From: Octopus bimaculoides
Taxonomy: Eukaryota
NCBI RefSeq assembly: GCF_001194135.2
Contig: NC_068984.1
Coordinates: 69,894,975-69,958,974, forward strand
Length of the DNA stretch: 64,000 bases
Direction of reading: 5' to 3'
The notes beneath the pieces are model-generated. The model was not told the origin of the DNA and ran no database searches. It worked only from the letters and a program-made list of their open reading frames with translations. Shown here one piece after another: positions 1 through 13,109 of this stretch. How positions within the stretch are numbered: position 1 is the stretch's first letter; each line of letters opens with the position of its first letter. The position numbers were made by a program, and so were the translations under genes.

Positions 1-204
1 TTGTGCCTATAGTTGAAAGGATTATTTGTTATATAGGCACAAGGTCAGAAATTGGCATAGAAGGGTTTAGGTCATTTAAACTGAATACAAATCAGTGATG
101 GATATTTCAGTATCCTACACCATTCTTACAAAATGTACCTGCTTCTCATGGTTATAACAATTTGTTGAATACATAGAACAACAATAGCTTATGATATATG
201 ATCT

Positions 205-430
205 TTTCTCATTTGCTCTTTTACTAGTTTTGGTCATTAGACTGTGGTCATGCTGCAGGACGTATTCGAAGATTTAGTCCAAAATATTAACCCTAGTACT
301 TACTTGTTTTGCTTTGCTTTTGCGATTGGTATTTATCCAATCAGTCTCATTTACTTAACACGGACATAAATAAACCAACACCATTTGTCAGGCAGTGAGA
401 GACAAACACAAAGACATGAACATGCATACC
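205..430 (-). mobile_element. SINE family B, 3' half (diverged)
   Basis: Reverse complement of the body/tail seen in full copies at 14459, 23938 and 33617 (gacaaacaca..., aagtactagg..., cagcatgaccacagtc...aaaagag). Confidence 0.6.
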
Positions 431-478
431 CCCTGTTTATAATTATACCATATGTTACATATATATGTATACACACAT

Positions 479-800
479 AGTGAAGGTGCATGTCTTAGTG
501 GTTAGGGCATTCGTCTCATGATCATAAGGTTGTGAGTTCAATTCCGGGCGATGTATTGTGTCCTTGAGCAAGAGACTTTATTTCACATTGATCCAGTCCA
601 CTCAACTGGTAAAAATTAGTAACTGTATTTCAAAAGTCCAACCTTGTCATACTCTGTGTTATGTTGAATCTCCCTGAGAACTACATTAAGGGTACACGTG
701 TCTGTGGAGTGCTCAGCCACTTCCATGTTAATTTCATGAGCAAGCTGTTCTGTTGATTGTACGAGCTGAGACCCTCGTCTTTGTAATCAGCAGAGTGCTC
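479..800 (+). mobile_element. SINE family C (tRNA-like head)
   Basis: Head with A-box-like tagtggttagg and B-box-like gagttcaattcc, then ccttgagcaagagactttatttcac. Aligns by eye with 12535, 34230 and 43365. Confidence 0.8.
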
Positions 801-1734
801 CTATACACACATATATTTATATATATATACACACAAACACACATACACACACACACACACATGCTTTTTAAAACTACCAATCTAACACACCAGGCATGTC
901 ACCGATGTTGTAACTTACAACTGCATGTTTACAGTTTTTCTTTTTGACATTGTCTCTTATTTATATTTTCTATTCTATCTTGAACATATTCCCTTATCTG
1001 TTGTAAATACTCACTGTATTCTCTTTGATACATATTTTTCTTCTATGCTGCTGTTCCTGTGCTTGTTCTAATGATTTGACCCTCTGCTTCTGTTTACATC
1101 ATTGCCAATACCATCTCTTTCTCTTGATAGTTTATATCGTATGTCATCAATATTCTATAAACAAATATCAATTTTCACTCAAGCAGACAATAAACAATTG
1201 CACTTATGCACTTGTGTTAAGTAATAAATAAAATAAAAAATTTAGCTTAGTAAAAAACTGCACTTTTCATCATCCACTCACCACCATCCCCACTTCCATC
1301 ATAATAATTTCTGGTGACAAAGTTCAGTTTAAGTTGTTGTCAAATAAGATTATTTTCATTTCATTTCAGTTTAGTTCAGCTGTACGTTTATATCTACTTT
1401 TCTTGTTGATGTACCTATCTTATCTGATGATCTCAAATTTAAATAACGAATTAAAAACTGTATAATTCTCTCTCTCTCTTTTTCTCACTACCTATGCCAT
1501 TTCCCTCTTCGTGTCATTATAGTTTCTCTTTCTCTTTCTTTTCACCTCTCACTTCCAATAATGCATCCACTGATAATAATGTCACTACTCTCTCTTTATC
1601 TGCCTCCCATCCACAATAAAAACTACTCATCTCACTCTCTCTCCCTCTGCTTTTCTTTAGCCTCATCACTATATGTTTGTATTTAACTGGGTGTATATAT
1701 GTGTGTGTGTGTATGTGTGCGTGTGTGAAGTGAA

Positions 1735-1995
1735 ATCATAGTCATGGCCAATGTCAGTGTCATGTAAATGGCATCTGTGAAGTCGTAGTTATGGCCGTTG
1801 CTAATGTCATGTAAATGGCATTCGTGCCTGTGGTACGTAGAAAGCACCCATTACACTGTTGGAGTGGTTGGCTTTAGGAAGGGCATCCAGCTATAGAAAC
1901 CATGTCAAATCTGACTAGAACCTGGCTTACCATTTCCAGTCAAACTGTCTAACCCATTCCAGTATGGAAATCAAAGTTAAATTATGATGACAATG
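1735..1995 (+). mobile_element. RTE-type 3'-end repeat (family D)
   Basis: aaagcacccattacact...ggaagggcatccagc...ccagtatggaa followed by a (TGA)n-like tail, homologous to 62330-62515. Preceded by two ~47-bp internal repeats. Confidence 0.65.
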
Positions 1996-2989
1996 ATATA
2001 TATATGCATGTGTGTGTGTATATGTATGTGTGTGTGTGTGTATACATGTGTGTGTAAATATATACATGTTTGTACATGCGTATTGGATTGTAGATGTGTA
2101 TTTATGCTATATTACATCATATCTTGTAAGAATATAGAAACTTCTGCACTTTTTGACCCTCAGATAAAAAGTCAGTTTAATCTTGGCAGAATTTGAACTT
2201 AGAACCTAGATAAATGAAGCTAAATACTGCAAGTTATTTTGTTCACCATTTTACAGCTTCTGCCATTCCACATATATGAATCTTCTCTCATTTACCCTTT
2301 ATTAAAGTACAAAAGCACAATTACAAATACACCTTTATACAAATGACATTTATTTATTAATGAGGTACAGTTCTTTTCTTCAAAGAATATATTTACACAT
2401 TTGTATATTATTTTGATGAAAGATATGCTGAAAAAGAAGAAATAAAGAGAAAATAAAAATGGTATTTGAAAGGTGGGAAACAAATTGATTTCGTCCAGAT
2501 AATACTGAAGTACAATATTACTATGCTACAGTTACTGCACTGTTTTCACACTATGATAATAACCTTTTAAGTTTATATCTCAAGACTGCAATTTATTTGT
2601 AATATCTAAGCAATAGTTTTGCACTAAAAGCTACACCAAGCAATGAACAACTTGCTTTATATACATAACTATTTATATTAAATGCAATATATAAAATGGA
2701 AATATGTGTACATCTGTTTATATATGGATGAAAATATGTGTGTATGTTTATGTATATGTATATAAGCAGATATGTTTTATATAATTTCAAGCAATACATT
2801 ATTGGTTATGGCTTATAATGGGCCAGAATGTTACTGTTGGTTTTGCAATGACTATTGCACTAGGCAATACTGAAGTCACTTCAGACATGCTGTCACCAAG
2901 TGTTGAAAACACCTAGTACAGAGTTCCAGTAAAAAAAAAAAAGAATATATCCTATATCATAACAATGCTTTGTTTATGTGCCCAGCCTC

Positions 2990-3415
2990 AAAACCTATGA
3001 GAGAAAGCACCACCACAAAGTCACCTGGTTTATCACTCAATGTGAAAGTATGCATGGGAAGGTCTTCATTTGATTACTGGATAAGAAATTTATACAGGAT
3101 CACAGGCATAGGAAAATATTCAATATTCATAACTTATGGGTCTCACTCAGATGTGATCTTATTATAACAGAAATATGTTTGAGTACCCTAAGGTTCTGGG
3201 AAGAGACTGTAGAACTGATAATGAATGCCCAGTAACTAGTAAAGGTAGTAGAAAGGCTGCAGTTATGAAACAGAGGTTGTATTATCAAACAACAACAGAT
3301 GGTTGCTATTCGCAATATCAATCAATGTATTCTTCATTCCTTCCTGTGTATGGAGAGAGATAGAAATTTTATTTAGACATGTAGCTACGAGCATACAGCT
3401 TCGACAAGGGTTAAC
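2990..3415 (+). mobile_element. possible piggyBac-like transposase remnant and right end
   Basis: MGRSSFDYWIRNLYRITGIGKYSIF weakly resembles the piggyBac MGGVDxxDxxxxxYRIxIRGKKW segment. The region ends in caagggTTAA, a piggyBac-type terminus. No matching left end was found. Confidence 0.3.
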
Positions 3416-3735
3416 AAAGCTAAACTGCATCTAGCATTCTTGCTAGCTACTGCTGGGATTATTTTCTTCTCCCTCCAATAAATGATGTTTAAAAGGAAAT
3501 TTTATCTTCAATGAAAATTCTAGAATCTTGCCTCTCAATGGAGAATATACATTAGGTCTGAGACATATACGCATGTATCTGTATGTATTTCTATAGTAAT
3601 ACACACACACATACACACATATACAGATATTCAGATATGCATATATATAATACATACATATGTACACACACACACACACACACACACATATATGAGTTAT
3701 GTATGTATAAGTTAGAGGTGGTTAAAAACCTCTAA

Positions 3736-4125
3736 GGGAGGGTTAAATCCAAAGGCATTTCTGGTGTTTACCAATGTGACGTACACACAAATAGTCATAT
3801 AAAATCCTATATAGGAGCCACGAAAAACCAAATGATACTTAGGTACAGCGCACACCAATCTAGCTTCATAAATAGAAGTAAGGCAAATTCAACAGGGCTT
3901 AGTAGCTATATCTGGGAGCTTAAGGACAAGAAATTAAAATATAGATTAAAATGGCGCATACTTGCAAAGACAACTTCTTACAACTCTACTAATAGACAGT
4001 GCAATTTCTGTTTAACCGAACACCTGGAAATTCTTATGGCTAAACCACCACTTCTTAATAGAAAATATGAGAACAGAATTTTTTGTCAACATATTAACCT
4101 TTTTGTCTTTTCCAAGTATCGGTAA
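3736..4125 (+). pseudogene. Penelope-like element GIY-YIG endonuclease domain (5'-truncated)
   Basis: Stop-free frame 3736-4125: GVYQCDV...SYIGAT (GIY-YIG motif), RYSAHQSSF, STGLSSYIWELK, KWRILA, CNFCLTE, LLNR..E..CQH. This is the typical PLE endonuclease pattern. Confidence 0.85.
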
Positions 4126-4344
4126 ACCCGCTTGACCCTGTACAAATACTACACAAGCAACTTCATCTAAATAATCCCATTTAGTCGGGAACCCCTTAAA
4201 CTACTTACATACAAGCAGTCACCCCACAATCCCCTCTCGCTTTACACACCCGATAATAAACTATTTTACACCTACACAGAGCTTCCTCTATTACTATGAA
4301 CTTCCTACAACTTAGGAAGTTCATATATATATATATATATATAT

Positions 4345-4562
4345 GTATATGTTTGTGTGTCTGTGTTTGTCTCCCTACCATCGCTTGACAACTGATATTG
4401 GTGTGTTCACATTCCCATAATCTAGCAGTTCGGCAAAAGAGACTGATAGACTAAATACTAGGCTTTCAAAGAATAAGTCCTGGGGTCGATTTGTTCGACT
4501 AAAGGTGGTGCTCCAGCACGGCCACAGACAAATGACTGAAACAAATAAAAGAATAAAAGAAT
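4345..4562 (+). mobile_element. SINE family B, body and tail
   Basis: tgtttgtctccc...tcgcttgacaac...aagtcctggggtcgatttg...ggtgctccagcacggcc...aaaagaat. Confidence 0.75.
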
Positions 4563-6129
4563 GTATATATATTTACATGCATATGTACAAACTCATGCAC
4601 ACATACATATTGATAGTTGACTTTTGTTTGATTGCTGAAATATTCAGGAATTTTCTTAATATTATCCAAAATTAATTCTCTTCCTTCCTGCTAAATGCCA
4701 TCCACCTCACATCTTTGTTGTTTATACATAGTAATTACTGCTCAGTTGTAAATTTTTCTGTCATCTCACTTGCTAGTCCCCCTAAGACAATTCTTTGGCT
4801 TGCTGTTAGGAACATTATTTTTACCAAGTCCTAGACAAATTTTGCTAAGCTTAATTTTATGACTTATTGTGATTCTTTTGGGAAATTCAGTTGCAAGTCT
4901 AGATGGAATACATTCACCCTAATGGTATGTTCTTTAATTATGTGTGTATGTGTGCATGTAGATGAGTGGAAGAGAGGCATGGGATATGTTGTGTGTGTGT
5001 GTGCGTGTGTGTGCATTTGCTTATACCAACATAAACACCTTAGAATATTTGAATCTGTAAAAAGAAAACTACATTCCAAAGAGACATTACCTAAGTGGAC
5101 TTAACCAATACATTAGATAGAAAGTGATAAAATATTAATCAGATTAAGTGGCATATAATTGACTAAAACCAACCTTGCATGAATACAGTCCTTTGCTTGA
5201 AATCAGAGTGAGAATTTAAAAAATGTATGGGTATATGTTTCTGTGATGTATTGTGGGTAGTGTAAATAGAATTTTTTTATTTATAACCAATGTGATATAC
5301 AAAATGGATGAACACCCCAGCCCTGGATAATATTCTAGCTTGTCATTAGAAGTGACATTAGAAGTTTGAATGTTAAATCAAAGTGCAATAAAGATGCATA
5401 GAATATAAATATTGAAATCTTTTTCTTACTCCATGAAAGGATCTCAAAATTTCTTACTCCTTAAAAGGATTAAATCAAAATTTCAAGTCATTGATAATCA
5501 TGTACAGTTCAATTTCAGTCTTAATTGAAATCATCAGTATGACATGACCTGAGGCAAAAAGAAAGCAAAAAAAACAACAAAAGAAGCAAAAAAAAAAATT
5601 AAATATTTTGTGAATTGAGACATTTCTTACAAGTGGAAAATAATTACAGTTTAGAAGACACTCATGAAATGTGTGCTTTTTTCTTTCCTTTTTTTAAATA
5701 ATTTTTTTCATCATAGGTCATTAATAGTTCAGTAATTGAGAGAAGAGAAAAACTTTCTACACACTGATTAAATCTTTTCCAGGAATTCTACCTTGTGAAG
5801 TGTTTTTAATCTAGTTACTTTTGTAGTTGTCACTACAAGCAAAATTCACAATATGTTTTCAGTGTTTTCTTCTTGGGTATAGATACTACTTTCAAGTTGT
5901 TATTCTCAAGTAATTTATCCTTTGTCATGTGTTAGAAGAACCATCATTTTGTAATCATATCACCTCAATTATTCATTGTCTGATGTATATGTAGATATTT
6001 CTAGAATTTACAGCCACAGTAATTCAGAGAAAGACAATGTTCCCTTTTGGCAAGTTATTGTAAAGGAGATAATCACTTCTAGATCAATCTTGATGACAGT
6101 GCTTTAAAACGACATAAAAGAATATGATA

Positions 6130-8780
6130 TTACATAAATCAAGTAATAAAAGCTCAGAGATTTTAATAACTTGATTGCTTTTGCAGTTGATTTATCAAAT
6201 TGTTTATTTGTGGCAAGAGCCAGAACATTGTAGGTTTGTCCAACTTATGAAGATTATTGCTTACTTCACTTTTTATTTGAGTCATTAGTGAGAATCTCTT
6301 CTCACAGAAGTCTGTATTATGAAATTAAATCAGAATTTCCAAAGCTTCAATAATCACTTTTTTCATTTTGATAGTTGAATTGAATATCATAACTCCAAAT
6401 TAATTACCATTTGATGTAGAGAGATTTGATAACCATATCAGATCAACAGCTAGTTTCAACAGTTGAAGCTTTACCTCATTAGGAATATTTGATATATTAA
6501 TAGCTAAATCAAATGGATTTAAAACCAGTTTAATTCTTCTAATTACCTGCATTCCTCTTCAGGAAGGTATTTTTCATTATTAAATTTTAAAAGACACAGG
6601 TAACTCATACAAGGTTAGGCCGAAAAATTCATAACCTGACTATTAATGAGTGATGCTAAAGCTCTGAAATCTTGCACACTTTAATTCCAACCCTTCTTAT
6701 TAATAACTGCATTGTTTCTTTCCGGGTAAAATGACATATCACTGTTCAAAAAAGACTTCTAAAGTAAGTAGCAGCAACTTCTATTGAAAATGGAAAAAAT
6801 TTAGCATTGCGCTGTTATCAAGTACCTGCCAAAAAAGGGTTTAGCCCCCAAGAGCATTCATGCTGACATGGTTGCTACGTTAGGTGGATGACACTCCAAC
6901 TTTATCAATGCTGCATATGTTGGCAGCTGATTTTAGGAGAGGAAAGGAGGTGTGTTGAAGATAACCCAAGTCTGGATGTCCTGCAGCTGCCACCAGTGAG
7001 GAAAACATTGATCATGTTCACTGTATGCTGATAGATGACAGGCGAATGACTATTAATCAAATAACCAATGCTAGCATATCCTATGAGAGAGTTGAGAATA
7101 TTCTGCACAGTGAACTTGACGTGATGATAGTTTCTGCTTCGTGGATTCTACGTCTTGTGACACCTCATCAAAGCAAACCAGGCTGATTGCATCATGGGAA
7201 AATTTGATATTGTTTCAGGCAGATCCATATGTTTAAGTTTCCTTAAATGTTTCCTAACCCAAGATGTGTGTTGGCTTCATCACTTTGAGTAAGGACATAG
7301 AGACAATCCATGCATTGGAAACACTCCCCCTCACCTGCTCCAAAGATGATCACATTTGCTCTCATTTCATGTGATTATCTTGCTCAGCCTATGAACTTTT
7401 CTGCCAGCCCTCAAGCTATTGTTTATAATGCTGCTGTAGTCTTCAGAATTTTTGTCCATCAAATTTGTAGGCAAATGGGAAGTCTGACTTTATGTCTTCT
7501 TTCCAAAACAATAACAGTGCCTGAAATACTTTGGTCTTGCTAACTGGGGGAAAAAAATGCTATTTGAATTCAAAGTGTTTCTATATGAAACTGTGTAATC
7601 CAATGTGAAGATACACTTTGAATAGTTAAAAATAATGACAAAGTTTGTCTTTTTATTAAGGAGAAATACATTATCCTAAGTAATCTAAAAAGCCAAATCA
7701 GAATGTTTCCTCACATGAGCTACCAAACTGGAGAATGTTGCAACAAAGCTGTGTACTTAGCATTCATATCTTTACACAAAATCTCTGAAACATATGGAGG
7801 CTTTTTGAATGCATTTCTGTGTGATTGATACACTTTACCTCATCATCAAATAGATTCTCTAATTGATTAATTTTCCTTTGTATACTGCTTATTTTTTTAT
7901 CCAATCAATGCTTTTCTGTGAATAACGTAGTGCATGCTGAGGTAGAGGATAAAAATATTTTTCATGTGCATAGCTACACTTCACAGAATACTGATCATTG
8001 CTGATGCTCCATCAGTAGTTAGGGAAACACATTAGTGCTAGGGAATTACAGCTTTAGCAAGGAAATCTGCAATGCTATTGAAATAAATTAGCCTCCACAA
8101 TAGTTTTGTCTCCAACATCAAAACAACATAAGGTAATGTTTAGTTGTATTACGTATGTCATTAGAAATAGCTGGAAAATTCCTACAATAAAAAAGCAGTG
8201 CACAATTAGTTATGTCATTGCTTTTATCCATTCACATGCCATAGCATGATGCATTTCATAACTTGCACAGGACTTGTTCTTTTAAAGTTTCACACAAATC
8301 ATCAGCTCTTCATCTTGTGCTGACCAAAGGAGTAATGGAATTTTCTTCTCAATATTCCATTTTTATTACAGAGCTTCTCTGTTGCTTTAAGAAGACTTGG
8401 CTTGATTATGGTTTTACTTTCTGTAAATAGCTGCTTTTGTTTAAGGATGAGATTGGTAAAAGAAAGAAAAAAAATGGAGAAGATGGCAATTATTCTTTGG
8501 AGTGAAATTTCTTTGTATGATTTTCCAGCACTTGCTAAAAATAAATGTGAGATATATTCACAAATTAAGGATATTTTTGAAAATGGCTGTTCAACTTGGC
8601 AAGTGCTAAGTTGTATTTCATAAGATATTGATAGCAAACAAGGCATTTTACATTAGAATATGTCTTATTCTTTTGATCTTCAAGCAAATATGCAGCAAAA
8701 GCTGAGTAATGATACTTCCACTTTCTCTATTTACATACTTTTCTGGTTGAGTGTATTTTATCCAGCATAGATTTATCCAT
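6130..8780 (-). pseudogene. degenerate hAT (Buster/Charlie/ZBED8-like) transposase, interrupted by a mariner
   Basis: Colinear motifs on the minus strand, with many stops and frameshifts: BED finger (RKWKYHYS..KCLVCYQ..LALAKLNSHF, ~8600-8770), ESKTIIKPSLLKATEKLC, M*MDKSNDITNCALL (LDESTD-like), TDGASAM..HYVIHRKAL (TDGA..CxxH), LCKDMNAKY.ALL.H..VW, W.LNPF, and FCEKRFSLMTQIKS (C-terminal dimerisation domain). Confidence 0.85.
6610..7415 (+). mobile_element. internally deleted mariner element nested in the hAT fossil
   Basis: TA then caaggttaggccgaaaaattcataacctga, with an inverted counterpart at 7384-7415. Degenerate transposase from ATG 6790: AVIKYL..KGL.PK.IHADM..TLG, DDRRMTI..I, SASWILRL (WVPRxL-like), FLTQDVCWLHHFE, QSMHWKH..SPAPK. 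Confidence 0.9.
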
Positions 8781-9778
8781 CAGAGAGGGCTACTTACCAT
8801 GAGGTAAATTTTTCAACATTTTCTTTTTCTGTTCAGGTTCCAATTGTATAGTAACAGTTTCTTTGCATAGTTCTGATTGACATTGTTCAATGATTGCTTC
8901 TGCACTTACACTAGTTTCTACATTATGTATTTTGATACATTGAGCATAATTTTTTTTTTCTTTTTTATTTGGACATTTTGTTATGAGATGTATTCTGAAG
9001 AAAGAAATTTTTAAAAATGAACAAATACGTTATGAATTCAAAAATAAAGTGTTTCTCTTTTGTTCCATTTACTATGAATGGAAAAAGTATCAGTAAATAT
9101 AATGTTTAGCAAAGAAATGACAAAAAGATATTTTGATAAAGCTTGAACATTTATTTTTGAAATTCGAGAACTTATTTTCAGTACATTACCAGATAATAAC
9201 ATAAGCAAATATTACCATTTATTGTGCAGTAGTGATGTACGATATATGAATAGAATTATTCACAAAAGCTGGTGTGCTTCTGGCCCAGAGGTACACTGCA
9301 TGAATGACTATTATCAATATCATTGGATCAGAGCTAAAAAATGTTATAAGGGTAATTTGAATATATTAACTATTGAAATAACCACAGTTTCTCTGTACAC
9401 GGTATACTCATTAGAAGTTTCAGTTTTCTGCCAAACATGTACTGTAAGTTAAGTTTGACTACTGAAATAAACTAGGATTTACTAAAAGAAAATTATCTCT
9501 AAACATAAAAGAAACTTTGAAAAAAGGAAATGAGAATTATATTTCTAAGTCTAGTCTGATTAAAATATAATGCAAGTAATAAAAAAAGGTAATATAATCA
9601 AATAGATTTATTTTATTTCATGTTTTTAGTGAATATATATTTCAAACATAATTTTGTTTCTTTTTTTATTATCATAACTATTGTATTTTTTTTTTATGTC
9701 CAGAGAGAAGAAATGGTTTGACATTGTTCACAAAACATTTTTGTAATGACTGCAGTGTTTTTTTTTTAAATTTATTAC

Positions 9779-9913
9779 CATTATTATGATAATATCTGAC
9801 ATATTCAACATGTTGCTGGAGGTGTAATAAATGTACCAGCTGTTCACTTCTTGTGAACCAAGGTGGTATGTTCATTTCAGGTTTTGAGGACATGGCAGAG
9901 ACTCCTTGCATTG
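9779..9913 (-). CDS. candidate internal exon of an unidentified host gene
   Basis: ttag| 135-bp open frame (MQGVSAMSSKPEMNIPPWFTRSEQLVHLLHLQQHVEYVRYYHNN) |gtaata, phase 1-1. Weak polypyrimidine tract; no recognisable domain. Confidence 0.25.
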
Positions 9914-10038
9914 CTAAGTAATGCAGTTTTGAGAATGAGTTCTACTTTCACTTTATTTTATTACCTATCTTTTTCTAATCTCTTTTTTAGTTCCTTTACT
10001 TACCAAGGGCACAAACAATTATTGGCCTAATATACACA

Positions 10039-10123
10039 TTCTTCTTCTTCTTCTTCTTCTTCTTCTTCTTCTTCTTCTTCTTCTTCTTCTTCTTCTTCTT
10101 CTTCTTCTTCTTCTTCTTCTTCT
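10039..10123. repeat. (CTT)n microsatellite
   Basis: Perfect trinucleotide run of about 28 units. Confidence 0.97.
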
Positions 10124-11049
10124 CATTTATTATTATGTTATATTATTACTTTCGTCAACTTTCTCTTACAAATGTACTGACAAACTCTATGAGAACCTAT
10201 CCAAATTGGGAACCACTGAATCATATCTTGTCTTAACAGACCTATAATCAAAGCAATCCATATGTGACCTCTCTTCTTTTTAGAATTATAAAAGTAACAG
10301 AAAAACAAACTAAAACTAATATGGCATATTCAGCTGCTACCAAGACCAAAATCTATACTTTGCATTTCAATACAAATGCAAGATTAAATTAGGAAAATAA
10401 ATGGAAATCTGCACAAGGCACCTCATCTAACAACCCAATAAACTAACTCATATGTGGTTGCTTAGTTTGCTGGCTAGTGTAAATGAACCATGCATCTGCA
10501 TTGAAACAATGGGTGTAAGATTGTAATTTGATAACAGTTGAGTATGTTACTTTTGATTATTTTTATGTATTCTTTATGAATAAAGGATTAAGCATGAAAT
10601 GGGTTGTATTGTTTCAAAAAAATATTTTGATGTTTTTAAATATAGAATTGTGTTGCTAGTTGCTATCATTGGGCAGTTTCACAATGAAAATGTGTGTGTA
10701 TCTGTTGGGATGTATCTAACTTGTGAGACTCTTAAACGGGAATTTTGGAGCCTATTTAAGTCTTATTACTAAGTCTTTCACATTCACTATAACATAAACA
10801 TGCAGTATCTATAATGAAGTATATGATAGGGAGATGATTTCTAAATGAATATTAGATTAGTAATTTTGATGTATTGCTGATGAAATTGCAAATTGTTTAT
10901 TTGCTGTAAAGGTGAAAATTTATCACAATCATTTACAAAAATTTAATAATTTGAAATTTTGGATGTGTTCTTGCCAAGCAAGGGATTTGGTTTGATATCA
11001 TGTGTTGAAACTAAAATGATTGCACCTTAGAGGAGACATATCAGTCATC

Positions 11050-11209
11050 CAAAAGCACAGAAATACTGTTAACTTCACTTAAACCTAATTATTAGGTGTC
11101 AAAATCTACTGCAGCAGAATAATGTCAGTAACTAGTAGTTGGTACCGCATACACTTTGACACCAAATAATAAATGTTTAAGTGAAGTTAACAGTCTTTGT
11201 GTGCTTTTG
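11050..11209. mobile_element. foldback MITE-like inverted repeat
   Basis: caaaagcacagaaatactgttaacttcacttaaacctaattattaggtgtcaaa (11050-11103) is the near reverse complement of 11155-11209. Confidence 0.8.
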
Positions 11210-11859
11210 AATCACCAATAATTTGAAAATACCAACCATTTCAAATTCAAACATATAATGTGTGTAATAGCAACTGGAAAAATACTTTTTGATGCATATG
11301 TGTGACATATAGCTAGCTTGTCAATTACAGTTGTCACTGAAAGTGTGATGAGGATGATAGTAAAGAAAGGTAGTTTGACACTCAATATGATGATTAACCT
11401 TAGGTCAAACTGCCCGAGAGCTAGAATGTGTTCTTATGGTTGTATCAGTCACCAACTTCTCAAAATGAACTCTATATTTACTCACATTGTGAAGTTAAGT
11501 TGATGATTTAATGTTGCAGAAGTCATAAAATGCCAACCAGAACTTTCAAAACCAGATTCTCTGTCACTTGTCATAAATCACAATAAATAACAATAGTAAT
11601 AAGAACAATGGGTAAACAAGGCAGAGACCTACTATAAACAAATCAAGAGGTTGGCAAGGTTTCCTTTTACAAAAATATCATACATATTATAGTCACATAA
11701 TCTCTCAATATTCTAGATATCAAATCATTAAAGAATCCTCTAAATGGTCACACAATCTGCTACAAATACAGATAAATTATAGAAAGATGAAAGACAGTAG
11801 TATTTTCATTTTGAAATGATGTAACTGAATATTGTTTTTCAAATTTTTGCACAAGAGCA

Positions 11860-12045
11860 ACAATTTCGGAGTGGTAGGGAGTAAGTCAGTAACATCGACC
11901 CCGTTGTTCAACTGCTACTTATTTCATCGACCCCATTGGCCAAGTCGAGTTTGGTGGAATTTGAACTCTGAATGTAAAGATGGACAAAATGTAGTTAAGC
12001 ATTTGGCCAGGTGTGGTAACGATTCTGCCATCCACCTTCTTTACC
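11860..12045 (-). mobile_element. SINE family A
   Basis: Reverse complement of the 18066 copy (atcgaccc..., gaatttgaactc B-box, aagcattt...gattctgcca). Confidence 0.7.
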
Positions 12046-12534
12046 ATCTCACTGCCTTGAATATTGCAAGGGATTATGTCTAGTATTCTATCAGTTCAGC
12101 ACCTCTATACAAAGATTATACTCATTAAGAAAATTATTACTTATACCATGTACTTTATTTTGATGTTATCAGCAGATATATTAACCTGTTACCCCAACTC
12201 AGCTTTGGTCAAGGTTTGCATTCTTGTAACATCCAGTCTTTTCAGACAAAATTCATCTTAAGACTTATGAACAAAAGTTACTTCCACCTTGTGAAATGCT
12301 TTCATCATATCTCTCTTATCTTCTCTTTTGCTAGAATGTTCTCTCCTTCTTCTACTATCATAATGTAAATAAAACGATGCAATTGATAGACCTTTGGTTG
12401 CTTCATATTGAAGAGAATCCATTAAATCAAAATATCAGCTATGTAAGAATATTAAGGATTACATAGTGGAAACAATACAAAGAAAGAGACAGAAAAGGAA
12501 AATTCACTAAATACATAAAAGGTTATACGATATA

Positions 12535-12860
12535 GTGAAGGTGTGTGGTTTAGTGGTTAGGGTATTTGGCTTACAATCATAAGGTTGTAAGTTCAATTCC
12601 TGGTGATGTGTTGTGCCCTTCTACGAGACACTTTATTTCACATTGCTCCAGTCCACTCAACTGGCAAAAATGAGTAGTACCTGTATTTCAAAGAGCCAAC
12701 TTAACCACAGTCTGTGTCATACTGAATCTTACTGAGAACTACATAAAGGGTATATGTATTTGCGGAGTACTCAGCCACTTACACATTAATTTCACAAGCT
12801 GGTTGTTCAGTTGATTGGACCAACTGGATCTTTCGTTGTTGTAACTGACAGAGTGCCTGT
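12535..12860 (+). mobile_element. SINE family C
   Basis: Full-length homologue of 479-800. Confidence 0.8.
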
Positions 12861-13109
12861 ATAAGATACATTTCATTCCATTTAAACTCAATATTTAATT
12901 ATCTAACAAAAAATTGACTCCCAGCAAGACAGTTCTCCTCATGCAACAGAAATGAACAACCAGCTTATCTTAGATTATATTATCCAATATGTCTTCAGTT
13001 CTTTTTTCCTTCATGTTCTTTTTTAAAAATAGTATAGTCGGAGGGATATTTGCCTGCTTTGTTAGCAAATCAAGTGACCACATTGACGCTATCTCATTTC
13101 GTTTTCTTT

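Noticed and set aside
8287-8306. Minus-strand CTGATGA...GAAAC
   Set aside because: The intervening 7 nt cannot form stem II, and it lies inside the hAT coding relic.
12200-12440. Minus-strand frame MDSLQYEATKG...RRRREHSSKREDK
   Set aside because: All frames stop right after the best acceptor, and low-complexity purine-rich sequence explains the open stretch.
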